A stretch of DNA of 39,258 nt. It comes from a virus. The stretch spans positions 1-39,258 of IMG/VR virus record IMGVR_UViG_3300045988_163958; one strand, 5' to 3'. The translations under genes were made by a program, and so were the position numbers. Of this stretch, positions 1 through 9,865 are shown one piece after another. Each line of letters opens with the position of its first letter. Positions within the stretch are counted from its first letter, which is position 1. Under the pieces are notes generated by a model that worked only from the letters and a program-made list of their open reading frames with translations, had not been told where the DNA came from and ran no database searches.

Positions 1-55
1 AACTAGCATTACTATTCATAGCTACGCAGCTCTTACCTTCTAAAGAACTACCTTG
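1..55. repeat. 55-bp terminal direct repeat. Bases 1-55 are identical to 39204-39258, which is the signature of a circular contig with a k-mer overlap.
   Basis: Exact identity of the first and last 55 nt, read directly. Confidence 0.9.
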
Positions 56-788
56 ATAATCTTGATACAGTTGCAAATTTAAAGATGCCTGAAATGGCTG
101 TATACCAATACTTGATACAGGTAAATTTTCTTTTAATATACGTTTTTCGTTTGACCCAATAATTGTACCAGCTGTTTGGTCTTTAGAAGCACTCTTAAAA
201 TAATAACCTTCTATTTTTTCCCACTCAGTTAGTGGCCAATAAATTTTCGGATTTTCATTTGACATTGTTTCGAATAAAGCACCCACAGGAAACGGACAGT
301 GTGATTCTAACATTATCTTATCCCAACCGCTCCATTTTTGGTCTATATATGTATTTATCCACATAACATTGTCAGTATGGTTCTTAAATATAAAATTTTT
401 ATAATCAGAATTTTCTTGTATACTCGTTACCAATAAATTGAAGCTGTTTGATGCTCCTATTGGCAAACCTACAAATTTATTGGTTACAATTCTACTTGTA
501 TACCAACCATCTTCTAAAGTAGAATCAAGTATATTTGTTATTGTCGTAGTATTCCCTATTTCCTTATACCTAATTCTCCACGAATCAGATATATTCAATT
601 TTTTTAATATTTCTTCGTTTAAATCATCAGCTTTTCCTGGATATGTGCCTTTATCAAGTTTATTGTTATTGGTTACCTTTGCAAAATCATCTACTTTTTG
701 CCAGTTCTCAGCTTGTTCTGTTTGCTCATTATAATAATCATTTTGTTCTGGTTTCCTTAAATTTAAAACCTCTGTAAAAGTTGGCATT
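1..788 (-). CDS. Tail fibre protein, XkdV-like, 5' (N-terminal) portion. The gene starts at 788 and continues across the circular junction to 39068, for about 307 aa in total.
   Basis: RBS AGGAGG lies upstream of ATG at 786-788 on the minus strand. The N-terminus MPTFTEVLNLRKPEQNDYYNEQTEQAENWQKVDD matches the conserved N-terminal motif of PBSX-type tail fibres. The frame is open to the window edge and continues at the other end. Confidence 0.55.
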
Positions 789-790
789 TT

Positions 791-1327
791 CTAACCTCCT
801 ATTATTCCTCTTTCTCTTAGTTCTTTATGTGTATAATTTCTTAATTCTTTATGTCTATAAGGTCTTAGTTCTCCATGTGTTCTATATCTATATTTTATTT
901 CATAGGTTAAATGTGCTGGTTTATTTAATTCAATCATTTCTTTAAAATTATCCAAATTAGGTGGAATACCTATTGCTGAAGTAAATGTTATTATAAAATG
1001 GTAATCGTTGAAATTTTCTGTAATATCTATTTCCCTATTTGTAAATATTTTCGCTTGTTCTTTTAGAAAGCTTGGTGTAAATATTCCTTTAGCCTGAATA
1101 GTATAAATTACTCTTTCTATTCTATCTTGAAGAGTATAATTTTCCATCGGTTTCAATTTCATGAATTTTTCCCATCTACTTATTGTTTCTTCAGTTGAAT
1201 CAACTATAAAGGCATATGTATTATATTTACCTATATCACTTTTACCAATATCTGTCTGTATTTTAATAGAATTAAAAAGATCTTTTATTAAAGAGTTTCT
1301 GGCTATTTTACTTATATAATCAATCAA
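791..1327 (-). CDS. Tail/baseplate protein, XkdU-like (DUF2313-like size and position).
   Basis: 178 aa, immediately downstream of the baseplate J gene with a 4-bp overlap. The position matches PBSX XkdU. Confidence 0.4.
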   Translation of the reverse strand: MIDYISKIARNSLIKDLFNSIKIQTDIGKSDIGKYNTYAFIVDSTEETISRWEKFMKLKPMENYTLQDRIERVIYTIQAKGIFTPSFLKEQAKIFTNREIDITENFNDYHFIITFTSAIGIPPNLDNFKEMIELNKPAHLTYEIKYRYRTHGELRPYRHKELRNYTHKELRERGIIGG

Positions 1328-2418
1328 ATCAACCCTCTCCCTTCAATCAAATTAACATTATTTAAAATAACAATTTTATCTCTTGGAACTTCTATATTTC
1401 CAGTTGTTTCTCCATTTACACTTAAAGAAGTATAGTCAAGTACTCCATCAACGGATAATATTATAGCTCCAATCTTACCTATACTGACTATTGTAGTTTT
1501 TGAATTGGAAGTATACTGAATAGTATTATTTATTATTCCTTTTTTTATATCTGCTATTACATCTTGTTTTATTGTTTCTATATCATAGCCAGATGCTATT
1601 TTGATTGTTGCTACTATATCAAGAACATATTTTGTATAACTTACTACAGTAACATCTGCTCCAATTGGTCTGCCATCTGCTTGTTCTATTCTGTTTTTAA
1701 CAGCTTCAACAAGTTCTTGATTTGCTACATTATAATCATAATCACTTATAATTACCTTTACAGTTCCTCCACCATTCCATACAGGAATAACATCAACTTT
1801 CCCTACTCCCTCAACTTCTTTAGCCCATTGCTTATAGTCATTTTCGTTTCCACTATGTGCTGGTCTCATTATTTTTTCTTCTGCTCTAGCTATTAAAGAT
1901 TCATTACTTTCAATATCAAATCCACCTGTTATTGCTTCTTCATTTGTAACTGTATATATATTGGTATCTGCTATTTCAAAAGCTACTATATCGCCTATTC
2001 CACAGTTTCCAGTAACACCTCCAACTAAAGCTTGTATTCTGGCTTTAGCTTTATCATCACTTCCTATCAATGCTACAGATAAAGTTTCATATTTTATTCC
2101 TGTTCTACTTAATACTATTGTTCCTTTTGGTATTGTAGTCCCTGTTTTTCCTGTTATAGTTATTTCTCCAGAAGCTTTAACTTCGCTTCTTCTTTTAACT
2201 CCAAATATTAAAGCATGTTTATCAACATATTCATTTTCTGTAGCTGTATCTATAAATGTTTGCTTACTCCACCATTCTAAATAATCATATAAGTCTTTTA
2301 TTTCCAATGACGTTGCTGCTGCTATATCATAATCATATGTTCCCTCAATTTTAGATAAGGGATTTTGCATATTTCCAAGTATATTATTCCTTATTCCGAT
2401 TAAAGTTTTAAAGTCCAA
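1324..2418 (-). CDS. Baseplate J-like protein (XkdT-like).
   Basis: 364 aa, placed in the Xkd P-Q-R-S-T-U series. Size and synteny are typical of baseplate J. Confidence 0.55.
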   Translation of the reverse strand: MDFKTLIGIRNNILGNMQNPLSKIEGTYDYDIAAATSLEIKDLYDYLEWWSKQTFIDTATENEYVDKHALIFGVKRRSEVKASGEITITGKTGTTIPKGTIVLSRTGIKYETLSVALIGSDDKAKARIQALVGGVTGNCGIGDIVAFEIADTNIYTVTNEEAITGGFDIESNESLIARAEEKIMRPAHSGNENDYKQWAKEVEGVGKVDVIPVWNGGGTVKVIISDYDYNVANQELVEAVKNRIEQADGRPIGADVTVVSYTKYVLDIVATIKIASGYDIETIKQDVIADIKKGIINNTIQYTSNSKTTIVSIGKIGAIILSVDGVLDYTSLSVNGETTGNIEVPRDKIVILNNVNLIEGRGLI

Positions 2419-2848
2419 TTATATCTACCCCCATATTTTCTATAGTTCCATATACTGTATCTACAGAAAAATAAATATATGGATGCTGCATACCCTCAGG
2501 AGTTTCAATTGTAAAGCTATGTAGCTTTGTTATATATGGATTTACTCCTAAACATTCTCTTATTTCATTTTCAAGAATGGCATCTTTAATAGTTTTATCA
2601 TATATAGTTCCTAGCTGTTCTTTTAGCTCATTTCCGTAGTTTTCAGTATAAGCCTTGTATTTATATCTCTCTGTTTCCAAAACTTTCCATATCCATACCT
2701 TAAGAGCTTCTGTTCCTTCTAAAATTACTATTTCATCATTTTTTATAATAGGTTCTCCAGTTTCAAAGTCAATAGCCATTTCTTTAAATAAAGGCAATTC
2801 ACTTTCTTGTGTTTCTGTTTCATTTAAAAATATTTCAAATCCTGCCAC
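2408..2848 (-). CDS. Baseplate protein, XkdS-like.
   Basis: 146 aa, with synteny upstream of baseplate J. Confidence 0.4.
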   Translation of the reverse strand: MAGFEIFLNETETQESELPLFKEMAIDFETGEPIIKNDEIVILEGTEALKVWIWKVLETERYKYKAYTENYGNELKEQLGTIYDKTIKDAILENEIRECLGVNPYITKLHSFTIETPEGMQHPYIYFSVDTVYGTIENMGVDIIGL

Positions 2849-2849
2849 A

Positions 2850-3356
2850 TTATACCCCCTCTATTGCTCCTGATGGCATTTTAGTTATTTTACTAACCAC
2901 TACCCAATAAACACCTACTATATTTACTAAAACCTCATCACCAGCCTTTAACGTGTCCTCAAACCATATATCACCATGTGTCTTATATGTTCCATTTCCT
3001 TTTAAACTTCCTGCTGTTCCCTCTTCTCCTTTTATACTTGGTATAGCATGTATATGTGGACCTTCACCAGCAGGTGATGTATTTGTAGTGTTGTTAACTT
3101 CCATCTTACTTAAACTTAATTCTATATCGTCTACTGTTCCATCTATTGTATAATCTCTATGGTAATGTGGTAATAAGTAATTACTGCAATATATTTGTTT
3201 AGATGGTATAATCTGCTCTGAAAACTTTAAAGTCAATTCTGGTGGTGCTGTTTCTACTTTTGCAATTACTTGAGTTGGCATAGTTATATTCTGTTCTTTC
3301 ATTATTAATATTAAATCATTAGCCCAATCAGACATACTCTCTCCTTTTATTCCCAT
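2850..3356 (-). CDS. Baseplate/tail protein, XkdR-like.
   Basis: 168 aa, with synteny. Confidence 0.35.
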   Translation of the reverse strand: MGIKGESMSDWANDLILIMKEQNITMPTQVIAKVETAPPELTLKFSEQIIPSKQIYCSNYLLPHYHRDYTIDGTVDDIELSLSKMEVNNTTNTSPAGEGPHIHAIPSIKGEEGTAGSLKGNGTYKTHGDIWFEDTLKAGDEVLVNIVGVYWVVVSKITKMPSGAIEGV

Positions 3357-4357
3357 GGCATTTTCTCAACATCATTTTTTTCCTTTCTCTTTTTCTTTTT
3401 CTTCTCTTTTTGTTCAAGCTCAACTTTATCCATCACATTATCAAATACAAGTTCTAAATTTGTGTAATAATCTCCATCTTGAAAAATATGAGTATCATTT
3501 TTAATTAAAAAGCTTCCTATTAAGCCAGTATTATGTTCTTTTATTGCGACAGAATATCCTGCTATTAAATCAGGATTACCATTTGTAACGACATTAGCAT
3601 AACTCTGTTTACCTTTTAACATATCCCTAGCATTAAATATATTGTTCATATCCTTGGTGTATTCAACAACATCTTGAAATAGCCCATATTTCTTTTTATC
3701 TTCCTCATTGGCTACCTTATCCATTATTTGTTGTTTCTCTTTTTCTGTTTTATAAACTATAATTTGATTTACCATATCTTCTATAGATTCACTATATCTA
3801 GTACTTCTTAAATCATTATAAGAATCGAGTTCTAAATCTTCTAATAATACCCCTTGATCTGCTATTTCTATTTTCCCATTATCACAAAATATCGAATATA
3901 TAGCTTTGTCTTTATTATGTTGTATTGTATAAGCAGCCAAAATTATTTGATATGCCGATTTATCTATAGCTGGAAAAGTGCATTTAACTTTATCTTTTGG
4001 AAGTCTTCCAACTTCAAGTCCTAATTCTCCACATATTTCTTTTACTATTTCTGAGGGAACTCTATTGAAATAATTTTTTACAAAGAAATTTTTATTCAAA
4101 TAAATCGAATTATCATAAGCAATAAAATTTGTATTTTTTCTATCTGTATTTTTTTCTACTGTAAATACTTTCCCTTTAAACAAAGTTTCAGTATTATCTA
4201 ATTTAAATTCAATATTATCTCCAACATTTACATTTATATTTTCAGTTGTTTGAAAATCAACATTTAATTTTCTTGAACTTCCATATATTCCACCACTCCA
4301 TTCAACTTTAGTAAATTTTTTTTTATGTATATTTCCATTTATTTTTATTTCAACCAT
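3347..4357 (-). CDS. Tail protein, XkdQ-like / late control gene D-like, with a poly-Lys C-terminus.
   Basis: 336 aa, after the XkdP-like gene. The C-terminus reads EQKEKKKKKRKEKNDVEK. Confidence 0.45.
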   Translation of the reverse strand: MVEIKINGNIHKKKFTKVEWSGGIYGSSRKLNVDFQTTENINVNVGDNIEFKLDNTETLFKGKVFTVEKNTDRKNTNFIAYDNSIYLNKNFFVKNYFNRVPSEIVKEICGELGLEVGRLPKDKVKCTFPAIDKSAYQIILAAYTIQHNKDKAIYSIFCDNGKIEIADQGVLLEDLELDSYNDLRSTRYSESIEDMVNQIIVYKTEKEKQQIMDKVANEEDKKKYGLFQDVVEYTKDMNNIFNARDMLKGKQSYANVVTNGNPDLIAGYSVAIKEHNTGLIGSFLIKNDTHIFQDGDYYTNLELVFDNVMDKVELEQKEKKKKKRKEKNDVEKMPWE

Positions 4358-4358
4358 A

Positions 4359-4802
4359 TTAACCTCTTTTGTATAAACCAGTTATATTATCAGTAATTTT
4401 CCCTTGATCCCTAATTTCAATCAGTGAAATACTTATATTTATATCTCCTGTTCTTTCTACTACACTATATTGTAATCTTTCTATTTTGCACTTATATGTT
4501 ATTAATAATTCAGGAACTATAAAGGTTAAATCTTTCTTTTCTTTTTTCCATTTTTTTAACAGTTCTACTGCTGCTGTTGGTGGCAACGGATTTTTTAATG
4601 AGAAAAAACGTGATATTATTGATGGAAGAAAGGTACTAAAACTTATTCTGTCAGCTCTTCTTTCACCAAAATTAACCTTTTCTCCAAAATCTATTATATT
4701 TACAGATACTGTATTTTGTTCTGTTGTTATTTCTAAATCAAGTGGTGGTATCACAAATACAAAAGGTATTTTACCATTTAATAATATAAAGTTTGGTTTC
4801 AT
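4359..4802 (-). CDS. Tail protein, XkdP-like position (no LysM seen).
   Basis: 147 aa, immediately downstream of the tape-measure gene. Confidence 0.3.
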   Translation of the reverse strand: MKPNFILLNGKIPFVFVIPPLDLEITTEQNTVSVNIIDFGEKVNFGERRADRISFSTFLPSIISRFFSLKNPLPPTAAVELLKKWKKEKKDLTFIVPELLITYKCKIERLQYSVVERTGDINISISLIEIRDQGKITDNITGLYKRG

Positions 4803-4812
4803 ATATTTTCTC

Positions 4813-6534
4813 CTATTGTTGTGTTAATTTAGCTTCTTCAATTTTTTTTACCATCTCTTCACCTATTTCTTTCACAAGTTCATCCCTATTTATATTTTTA
4901 TCTCCAATTTGAACTGATACCCCTGTTATATTTATATTGGAAGTGCCTTGATTAAAAACATTTGGTTTTTGTACGGTGTTATCCACTCGAACAAATCCAT
5001 TCGGTGTTAAATATCCACCAAATTCTGAAATAGCATTTTGTTTTCTTTGAAATAACCCTTCTCTTATTTGTTTTGGGCTTAAACCTAAATTAATTTCTCT
5101 TTCTCTCGATCTTTCATCTCTCCACTTTATCATTTCTGGTGAATTAATATAAGGTTCTAAAGCACTACCTAATTTATTACCAAGATACACACCTGTACCC
5201 CACCCAAGTGCACCAGCTGTTATATATGGGTGAGCTGCTGCAAATATAGCACCTTTTAAAGCTGCGTAAGTTCCTAATACAATTTTACCTTTTCGATTTA
5301 TTTCATCTAAGAAAGAGTTTATATTTTCGGTAGATAATTTATTTTGTGTTATATCATTCAATATTTTATTAAATTCTGTTAATTTTTCTGTTATAATTGG
5401 GTCAATACCTTTTCCAAGTTGAATTTGAAAACCTTCGATAGCACTTTTTGTTTCTTCTATTTTTTGCCTAGAAGTTGATGACATAGTATTATAAAATTTA
5501 TCTAAAGCTCCAGTAGCATTATATACAGCATTTTCAGCTTTTTTTGTGCTTTCAGTTGAATTGTTCATAATAGAACTCCATATTTTTAAACCTTCTGTTC
5601 CTGCTACGGTAACTATCCAGTTATTTCTTTGGACTTCTGTCATTTTTTCAAGTGCTGGGCGACTTTCATCAATTATTTTTCTCAAACCTTTAAAATTTCC
5701 GTTTTGATCTTTCAGTTCAACATTAGCATATTTTAAAGCTTTTTTCATTTCTGTAGTCGGTTTTGCCAAACGTGCATACATAGCATTTAGTCCAGTACCA
5801 GCTTTCTCTCCTTTTATTCCATTATCTGCAAGTATTCCTAATGATATTGCTACTTCTTCAAAACTTTCACCTAAAGCTCTTGAGGAAGCTCCAACATATT
5901 GAAAAGCATTACCCATCATTCCGACTGTTGTATTTGTATTATTAGCTACATTGGCTAATACATCTGTATACATACCAACATCTTTTACACTTAAACCGAA
6001 AGCACTTAATGAATCTGTTACTATATCTGAGGTTTTAGCCAAATCTTCTCCAGTTGCAACAGATAATTTTAATAATGTAGGAGTAACAGATAAAATTTCA
6101 TTAGTTTTATACCCAGCCATAGCTTGATACATTTGAGCTTCTGCAACTTGCTTTTGAGTAAATCTAGTTGTATTTCCAAGTTGCTCAACTTGTTTATTCA
6201 TTAATGCCTGTTCTTTAGCACTAGCTCCAGTTATAGCTGCATTTTTTGTTAATTGTTCATTCAAATCAACATATTTTAAATAAGATTTTCCAGCAAAAGC
6301 AGCAGCAGCAGCTCCAGCAATTTGCCCATATCTTTCAACGGTCTTAAAATTATTTTTTATACTATCCGATGTAATTCCTAATTGATTACCTATGCCTTTT
6401 AAAGAACCACCAATTACTTTTCCACCATCAGCCACTTGGCTACTAAAGTTCTTAAAACTTTTAGAAGCTGAATTTATTTTAGATGAAAAATTGTCTTTTA
6501 ATTCTAAAGCTGCACTTAATATATAATTACTCAC
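4813..6534 (-). CDS. Tail tape measure protein.
   Basis: 573 aa, Ala/Gly-rich and helical. It lies between the chaperone and the baseplate genes. RBS AGGAG sits at 6543-6547 (minus strand). Confidence 0.65.
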   Translation of the reverse strand: MSNYILSAALELKDNFSSKINSASKSFKNFSSQVADGGKVIGGSLKGIGNQLGITSDSIKNNFKTVERYGQIAGAAAAAFAGKSYLKYVDLNEQLTKNAAITGASAKEQALMNKQVEQLGNTTRFTQKQVAEAQMYQAMAGYKTNEILSVTPTLLKLSVATGEDLAKTSDIVTDSLSAFGLSVKDVGMYTDVLANVANNTNTTVGMMGNAFQYVGASSRALGESFEEVAISLGILADNGIKGEKAGTGLNAMYARLAKPTTEMKKALKYANVELKDQNGNFKGLRKIIDESRPALEKMTEVQRNNWIVTVAGTEGLKIWSSIMNNSTESTKKAENAVYNATGALDKFYNTMSSTSRQKIEETKSAIEGFQIQLGKGIDPIITEKLTEFNKILNDITQNKLSTENINSFLDEINRKGKIVLGTYAALKGAIFAAAHPYITAGALGWGTGVYLGNKLGSALEPYINSPEMIKWRDERSREREINLGLSPKQIREGLFQRKQNAISEFGGYLTPNGFVRVDNTVQKPNVFNQGTSNINITGVSVQIGDKNINRDELVKEIGEEMVKKIEEAKLTQQ

Positions 6535-6567
6535 TGTACCCTCCTTTATTATTTTTCAATAAAAAAA

Positions 6568-6600
6568 TCCCCAGATAATTGAATATCTGAGGATTGGAAT
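6568..6600 (-). terminator. Rho-independent terminator on the minus strand after the secreted-protein gene. It contains the left copy of the 23-bp moron inverted repeat.
   Basis: The minus-strand RNA CCUCAGAUA-UUCAAU-UAUCUGGGG forms a 9-bp stem and is followed by AUUUUUUU. Confidence 0.55.
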
Positions 6601-6613
6601 TAATATTATTTTT

Positions 6614-7114
6614 TTAATAGTACCAGAAATCATCTTCTTTTTCTACTGGTGGTTTTTTAATAGGTTTATCTAAATTGAAATCTTGCCAGTAAGCTTCTTT
6701 ATACATCTTGGTAAATCCTGCGCCTGAAACACTAAACGGAATTCCCTTAAAATTAAATTTAACAATAGAACTATCTCTTAATGACAATATTATTTTTCTG
6801 GCTTCTTGTCCATAAAAAAACATATACTTCCCATTAACAATTTCGCCAGAAACAGTCATTGTCCCATGTACTGATTTCATTTTTATCACTGCTTTTTTTT
6901 CTGAAAAATAATCATTAAAGAAAATAAAACCAGCAACCTTTGCTCCTTCGTTGTTTTTACCTACCATCATTGTTCCATAGCCTTCTTTTATAACTTCCCC
7001 TAGAGCATAATCTTTTGTAGGATCACCAAATTCATCTGATTGCTGAACTTTTTCCCAAGAAAAACTTAAACTAAAAATTAATAAACTAAGCAATAATATT
7101 AATAATTTTTTCAT
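6614..7114 (-). CDS. Secreted protein (signal peptide) of unknown function; moron gene.
   Basis: The N-terminus MKKLLILLLSLLIFSLSFS is a signal peptide. The gene lies inside the IR-bounded cassette. Confidence 0.5.
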   Translation of the reverse strand: MKKLLILLLSLLIFSLSFSWEKVQQSDEFGDPTKDYALGEVIKEGYGTMMVGKNNEGAKVAGFIFFNDYFSEKKAVIKMKSVHGTMTVSGEIVNGKYMFFYGQEARKIILSLRDSSIVKFNFKGIPFSVSGAGFTKMYKEAYWQDFNLDKPIKKPPVEKEDDFWYY

Positions 7115-7223
7115 AAAATACCTCTCTTTTTAATGTAGTCATTATAATTTTACTTCACAATTTTAAAAAGTCAAGTCGTTTTATTAATTGTATTCCACCA
7201 GTAATTCTACTAGGGGAATGATT

Positions 7224-7955
7224 TTATTCTTTAGTTGTAAGTTTTTGTTGACCTAAAATTTTTACTGTATTTTCTAAAACTCTATCTTTATCTAAACCTA
7301 ATTCATTAATTTTATCTAAGTTTTCTTTTTCTATTTCCAGTTCTACGATTACTGGTAATTTCTCTTTTGCAGGGTCATAATCACTAGGAGTTTTAAAATC
7401 CCAGAAATTACTTGTTACCTGTTTTGTTTTTGTTTCTAGTTCTATTTCTGCTTTAGAATATATTTCATTTAATTTCTCAAATAGATATGCTATCTGGTTT
7501 TCTAAATATTCAGCTTGGTCTAATCTGGTTCTTACTCTATTAATTAACCAATCAGGCTTTTTATCAACTTCTATAGGTTTAAAGTTATTTACTCTCTTTC
7601 CAAAGAAAGCATCTGATAAAACATCTTTAGCTTTTAATTGATAGATCATTAATTTTTCTTTTAATTCTCTATCAAATCTAGCTGGATTTATTTTTGCCAG
7701 CCAAATAGGAAGATAATCAAGTTCTATCATTAAAGTTTCTTGTATACCTCCTTTAGTAAAAAGGGGAGTGAATTTTAACCCTCCTTTCAAAAGCTCATCA
7801 TTTTGAACTTTTGCTCTTTGATTCCTTCTTTGTGTTTCATCCATGCCAAGATTATCACACACATTTTTTACACTGATATAAACTTTAGAATCAATAATAG
7901 TGCTAATAATTTTGTTTCCTTGAAAATCCACTTCTTTGATGATTAAATCTTTCAT
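7224..7955 (-). CDS. Bro-N domain protein (antirepressor-like) carried as a moron.
   Basis: LIIKEVDFQGNKIISTIIDSKVYISVKNVCDNLGMDETQRRNQRAKV fits the Bro-N consensus. RBS GGAGG is present. Confidence 0.6.
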   Translation of the reverse strand: MKDLIIKEVDFQGNKIISTIIDSKVYISVKNVCDNLGMDETQRRNQRAKVQNDELLKGGLKFTPLFTKGGIQETLMIELDYLPIWLAKINPARFDRELKEKLMIYQLKAKDVLSDAFFGKRVNNFKPIEVDKKPDWLINRVRTRLDQAEYLENQIAYLFEKLNEIYSKAEIELETKTKQVTSNFWDFKTPSDYDPAKEKLPVIVELEIEKENLDKINELGLDKDRVLENTVKILGQQKLTTKE

Positions 7956-8035
7956 ATAAATACCTCCATTTTTTTATTTAAAAACAGAGTAATATATGAT
8001 ATAATATACTTGCTTGGAGTATGTGATTATATCAT

Positions 8036-8080
8036 ATGCTTACCCCATTTCAGACATTTATTTGAGGTGGGGTATTTTTT
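8036..8080 (+). terminator. Strong plus-strand intrinsic terminator with no plus-strand CDS upstream. It may terminate a short antisense or regulatory transcript.
   Basis: TACCCCATTTCA-(10 nt loop)-TGAGGTGGGGTA forms a 12-bp stem and is followed by TTTTTTATTT. Confidence 0.5.
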
Positions 8081-8412
8081 ATTTACTTTCTTCTTTTTTT
8101 AAATCTTTTTCAATAAGTTCTAAGATATAACTTTTTAATGTTTTACCTTCTTTTGCTAATTTTATTTTTATTTCTCTGTATAAATTTTCATCTACCTTAA
8201 AATTTATTGTTTTTTCCATTCCATCACCTCACTCCAATATTACAACATTGCAACAAATAAAGTCAAGCTTTTTTTTATTTTTTTTGGAGAAAGGGAAGTT
8301 GTGTTTTTTAAATCTTCTATTTAAAGATATTATTCAATTTGTCAATCATACCAGTTTGATTTTATGCCTCCAAAAAGTTATAATAATAATGCAGGGCTCT
8401 TTTGGAGGTTAA

Positions 8413-8724
8413 TTGAAGGTAAAAGTTACTGGATCATTATCATTAGAAAAGAAACTTAAAGAACTAAAAAATATGAAAACCAAAGAGAAAGTTTCTTTTG
8501 ATGAACTTTTTAATGAAAAATTTATGATAAAATATACAAATTTTAATTCTATTAATGAGTTAATGGTTAAATGTAATATATCTACTGAAGATGATTTAAC
8601 TACTAACTTTGATTTACTTGAAAAAGAAATAAAGCATAATACTAAATTCTCTTCATGGGAAGATATGAAGCACACTGCTGCTCAAGAGCACATAAAGAAA
8701 AAATTAGATAAAATATTTAAATAA
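8413..8724 (+). CDS. Hypothetical small charged helical protein (TTG start).
   Basis: RBS GGAGG lies 4 nt upstream. Its promoter is TTGATT-N17-TATAAT at 8355-8377. The gene is flanked by the 9-bp inverted repeat CAGGGCTCT/AGAGCCCTG. Confidence 0.4.
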   Translation: MKVKVTGSLSLEKKLKELKNMKTKEKVSFDELFNEKFMIKYTNFNSINELMVKCNISTEDDLTTNFDLLEKEIKHNTKFSSWEDMKHTAAQEHIKKKLDKIFK

Positions 8725-8893
8725 TTATATAGAGCCCTGTCCTAACATACTCCAATCAATTACTATATTCAAAGCTAATTTTTCTATAATTTTTTTAATC
8801 TCTCTCTGATATTTTCTTATTTTTCTTCTATCTCTTTCTTTTTTCATATTTCACCTCCTATTAAGTACATTAAAATAATAAAGTTACCTTTAT

Positions 8894-8916
8894 TTCCAAT
8901 CCTCAGATATTCAATT
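8894..8916. repeat. Right copy of the 23-bp inverted repeat that bounds the moron cassette. It is the reverse complement of 6578-6600.
   Basis: TTCCAATCCTCAGATATTCAATT versus AATTGAATATCTGAGGATTGGAA: a perfect 23/23 match. Confidence 0.8.
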
Positions 8917-9050
8917 GCCAAGGTTCATTTTTTATTATATTATCATGCCATACATTATCAGAAGATCACTAATTTTAAGTTCTCTAAGTTCTTTTAATGT
9001 ATGGCCTTTATTAAGGTAATGAGCGATTGTGAAAGCTCTCCAATCGCCCT

Positions 9051-9416
9051 TTATGAGTTTTTTATATCATTCTCAACTATTTCTATTGCACCTTCACCAT
9101 AAAAACCAGATTTATTAAGGAGAGCCTTTGCTATTTCTCTTACTTCTCCAATTGTAAATATTTTACCTACTATTTCAACTGGTTCAAATGCTATTCCATT
9201 TAATTTACTATCTTTTAAATTAGGGCTTATACAATTGTCATAAATTAAAAGTTCATCACTTTGTTTCTCTTCCACTGCTGATATAAGTTCTTTAAAACTT
9301 AATGGTTTTAATTCAATCACCTTATCCAGCCTTTTAATTTTAACTTTTATAGTTTTATCTTTAGTATTTTCTTTTGCTATTCCTAAAATATCTTCTATTG
9401 TTAATAGTTCATTCAT
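9051..9416 (-). CDS. Tail assembly chaperone (XkdN-like).
   Basis: 121 aa, directly downstream of the tube gene. Start and stop overlap as ATGA. Confidence 0.4.
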   Translation of the reverse strand: MNELLTIEDILGIAKENTKDKTIKVKIKRLDKVIELKPLSFKELISAVEEKQSDELLIYDNCISPNLKDSKLNGIAFEPVEIVGKIFTIGEVREIAKALLNKSGFYGEGAIEIVENDIKNS

Positions 9417-9856
9417 TATTTAACCTCACTTTCGTATTCGACATCTTCAGGAGTAAATCCGAAAGGCATTTCTTCAGAAATAGCTTCTCCTTTAGTTGCG
9501 TTTATTATATTTAAAGTATTAAACCATACATTATCTATAGATACTCTTTCTTCTTGTCCTCCTACTGCATCAGGGTCAAGTATAGAGAATACTATTTTGC
9601 TTCTTGTATCATTTCCTTTTTTCCAATTTTTTAAAATTTTATTCGCTCTTGAATAAACTTTATTAAGGGTTAATGTTCCTTCTCCAGTAAAGCTTGTTAT
9701 TTTACTATCTACAGACATACCAATTTGTACATCTGCCCTATTAGCTGTAATAGAAGCCGTTACTGCTGAAAACTCAGCTATGAGTTCATTATCAACCCAT
9801 AATTTTCCATACCCTCCTGTAAGTGTTTTATTTCCTATTAGATTTTCGCCTGCCAT
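9416..9856 (-). CDS. Tail tube protein (XkdM-like).
   Basis: 146 aa, after the sheath gene. The N-terminus MAGENLIGNKTLTGGYGKLWVD is typical of myophage tube proteins. Confidence 0.55.
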   Translation of the reverse strand: MAGENLIGNKTLTGGYGKLWVDNELIAEFSAVTASITANRADVQIGMSVDSKITSFTGEGTLTLNKVYSRANKILKNWKKGNDTRSKIVFSILDPDAVGGQEERVSIDNVWFNTLNIINATKGEAISEEMPFGFTPEDVEYESEVK

Positions 9857-9865
9857 CTAAACCTC

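Noticed and set aside
438-734. Plus-strand 98-aa ORF.
   Set aside because: It lies antisense inside the tail-fibre gene (minus strand 1-788, with an RBS and a conserved N-terminus). The product is low-complexity and there is no RBS.
3360-3400. Long pyrimidine tract (poly-Lys codons) at the 3' end of the XkdQ-like gene as a possible slippery or frameshift site.
   Set aside because: It simply encodes the Lys-rich C-terminus. No alternative downstream frame is open.
1564-4827. Plus-strand ORFs 1564-1896, 1961-2284, 2655-2873, 2953-3153 and 4486-4827.
   Set aside because: They are antisense to a tightly packed, translationally coupled minus-strand baseplate and tail operon. The products are low-complexity (Cys/Phe/Tyr-rich) and have no RBS.
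8409-8675. Minus-strand 88-aa ORF overlapping the 8413-8724 plus gene.
   Set aside because: The plus-strand frame has an RBS, a promoter and a protein-like sequence. The minus-strand product is Ser/Phe low-complexity.
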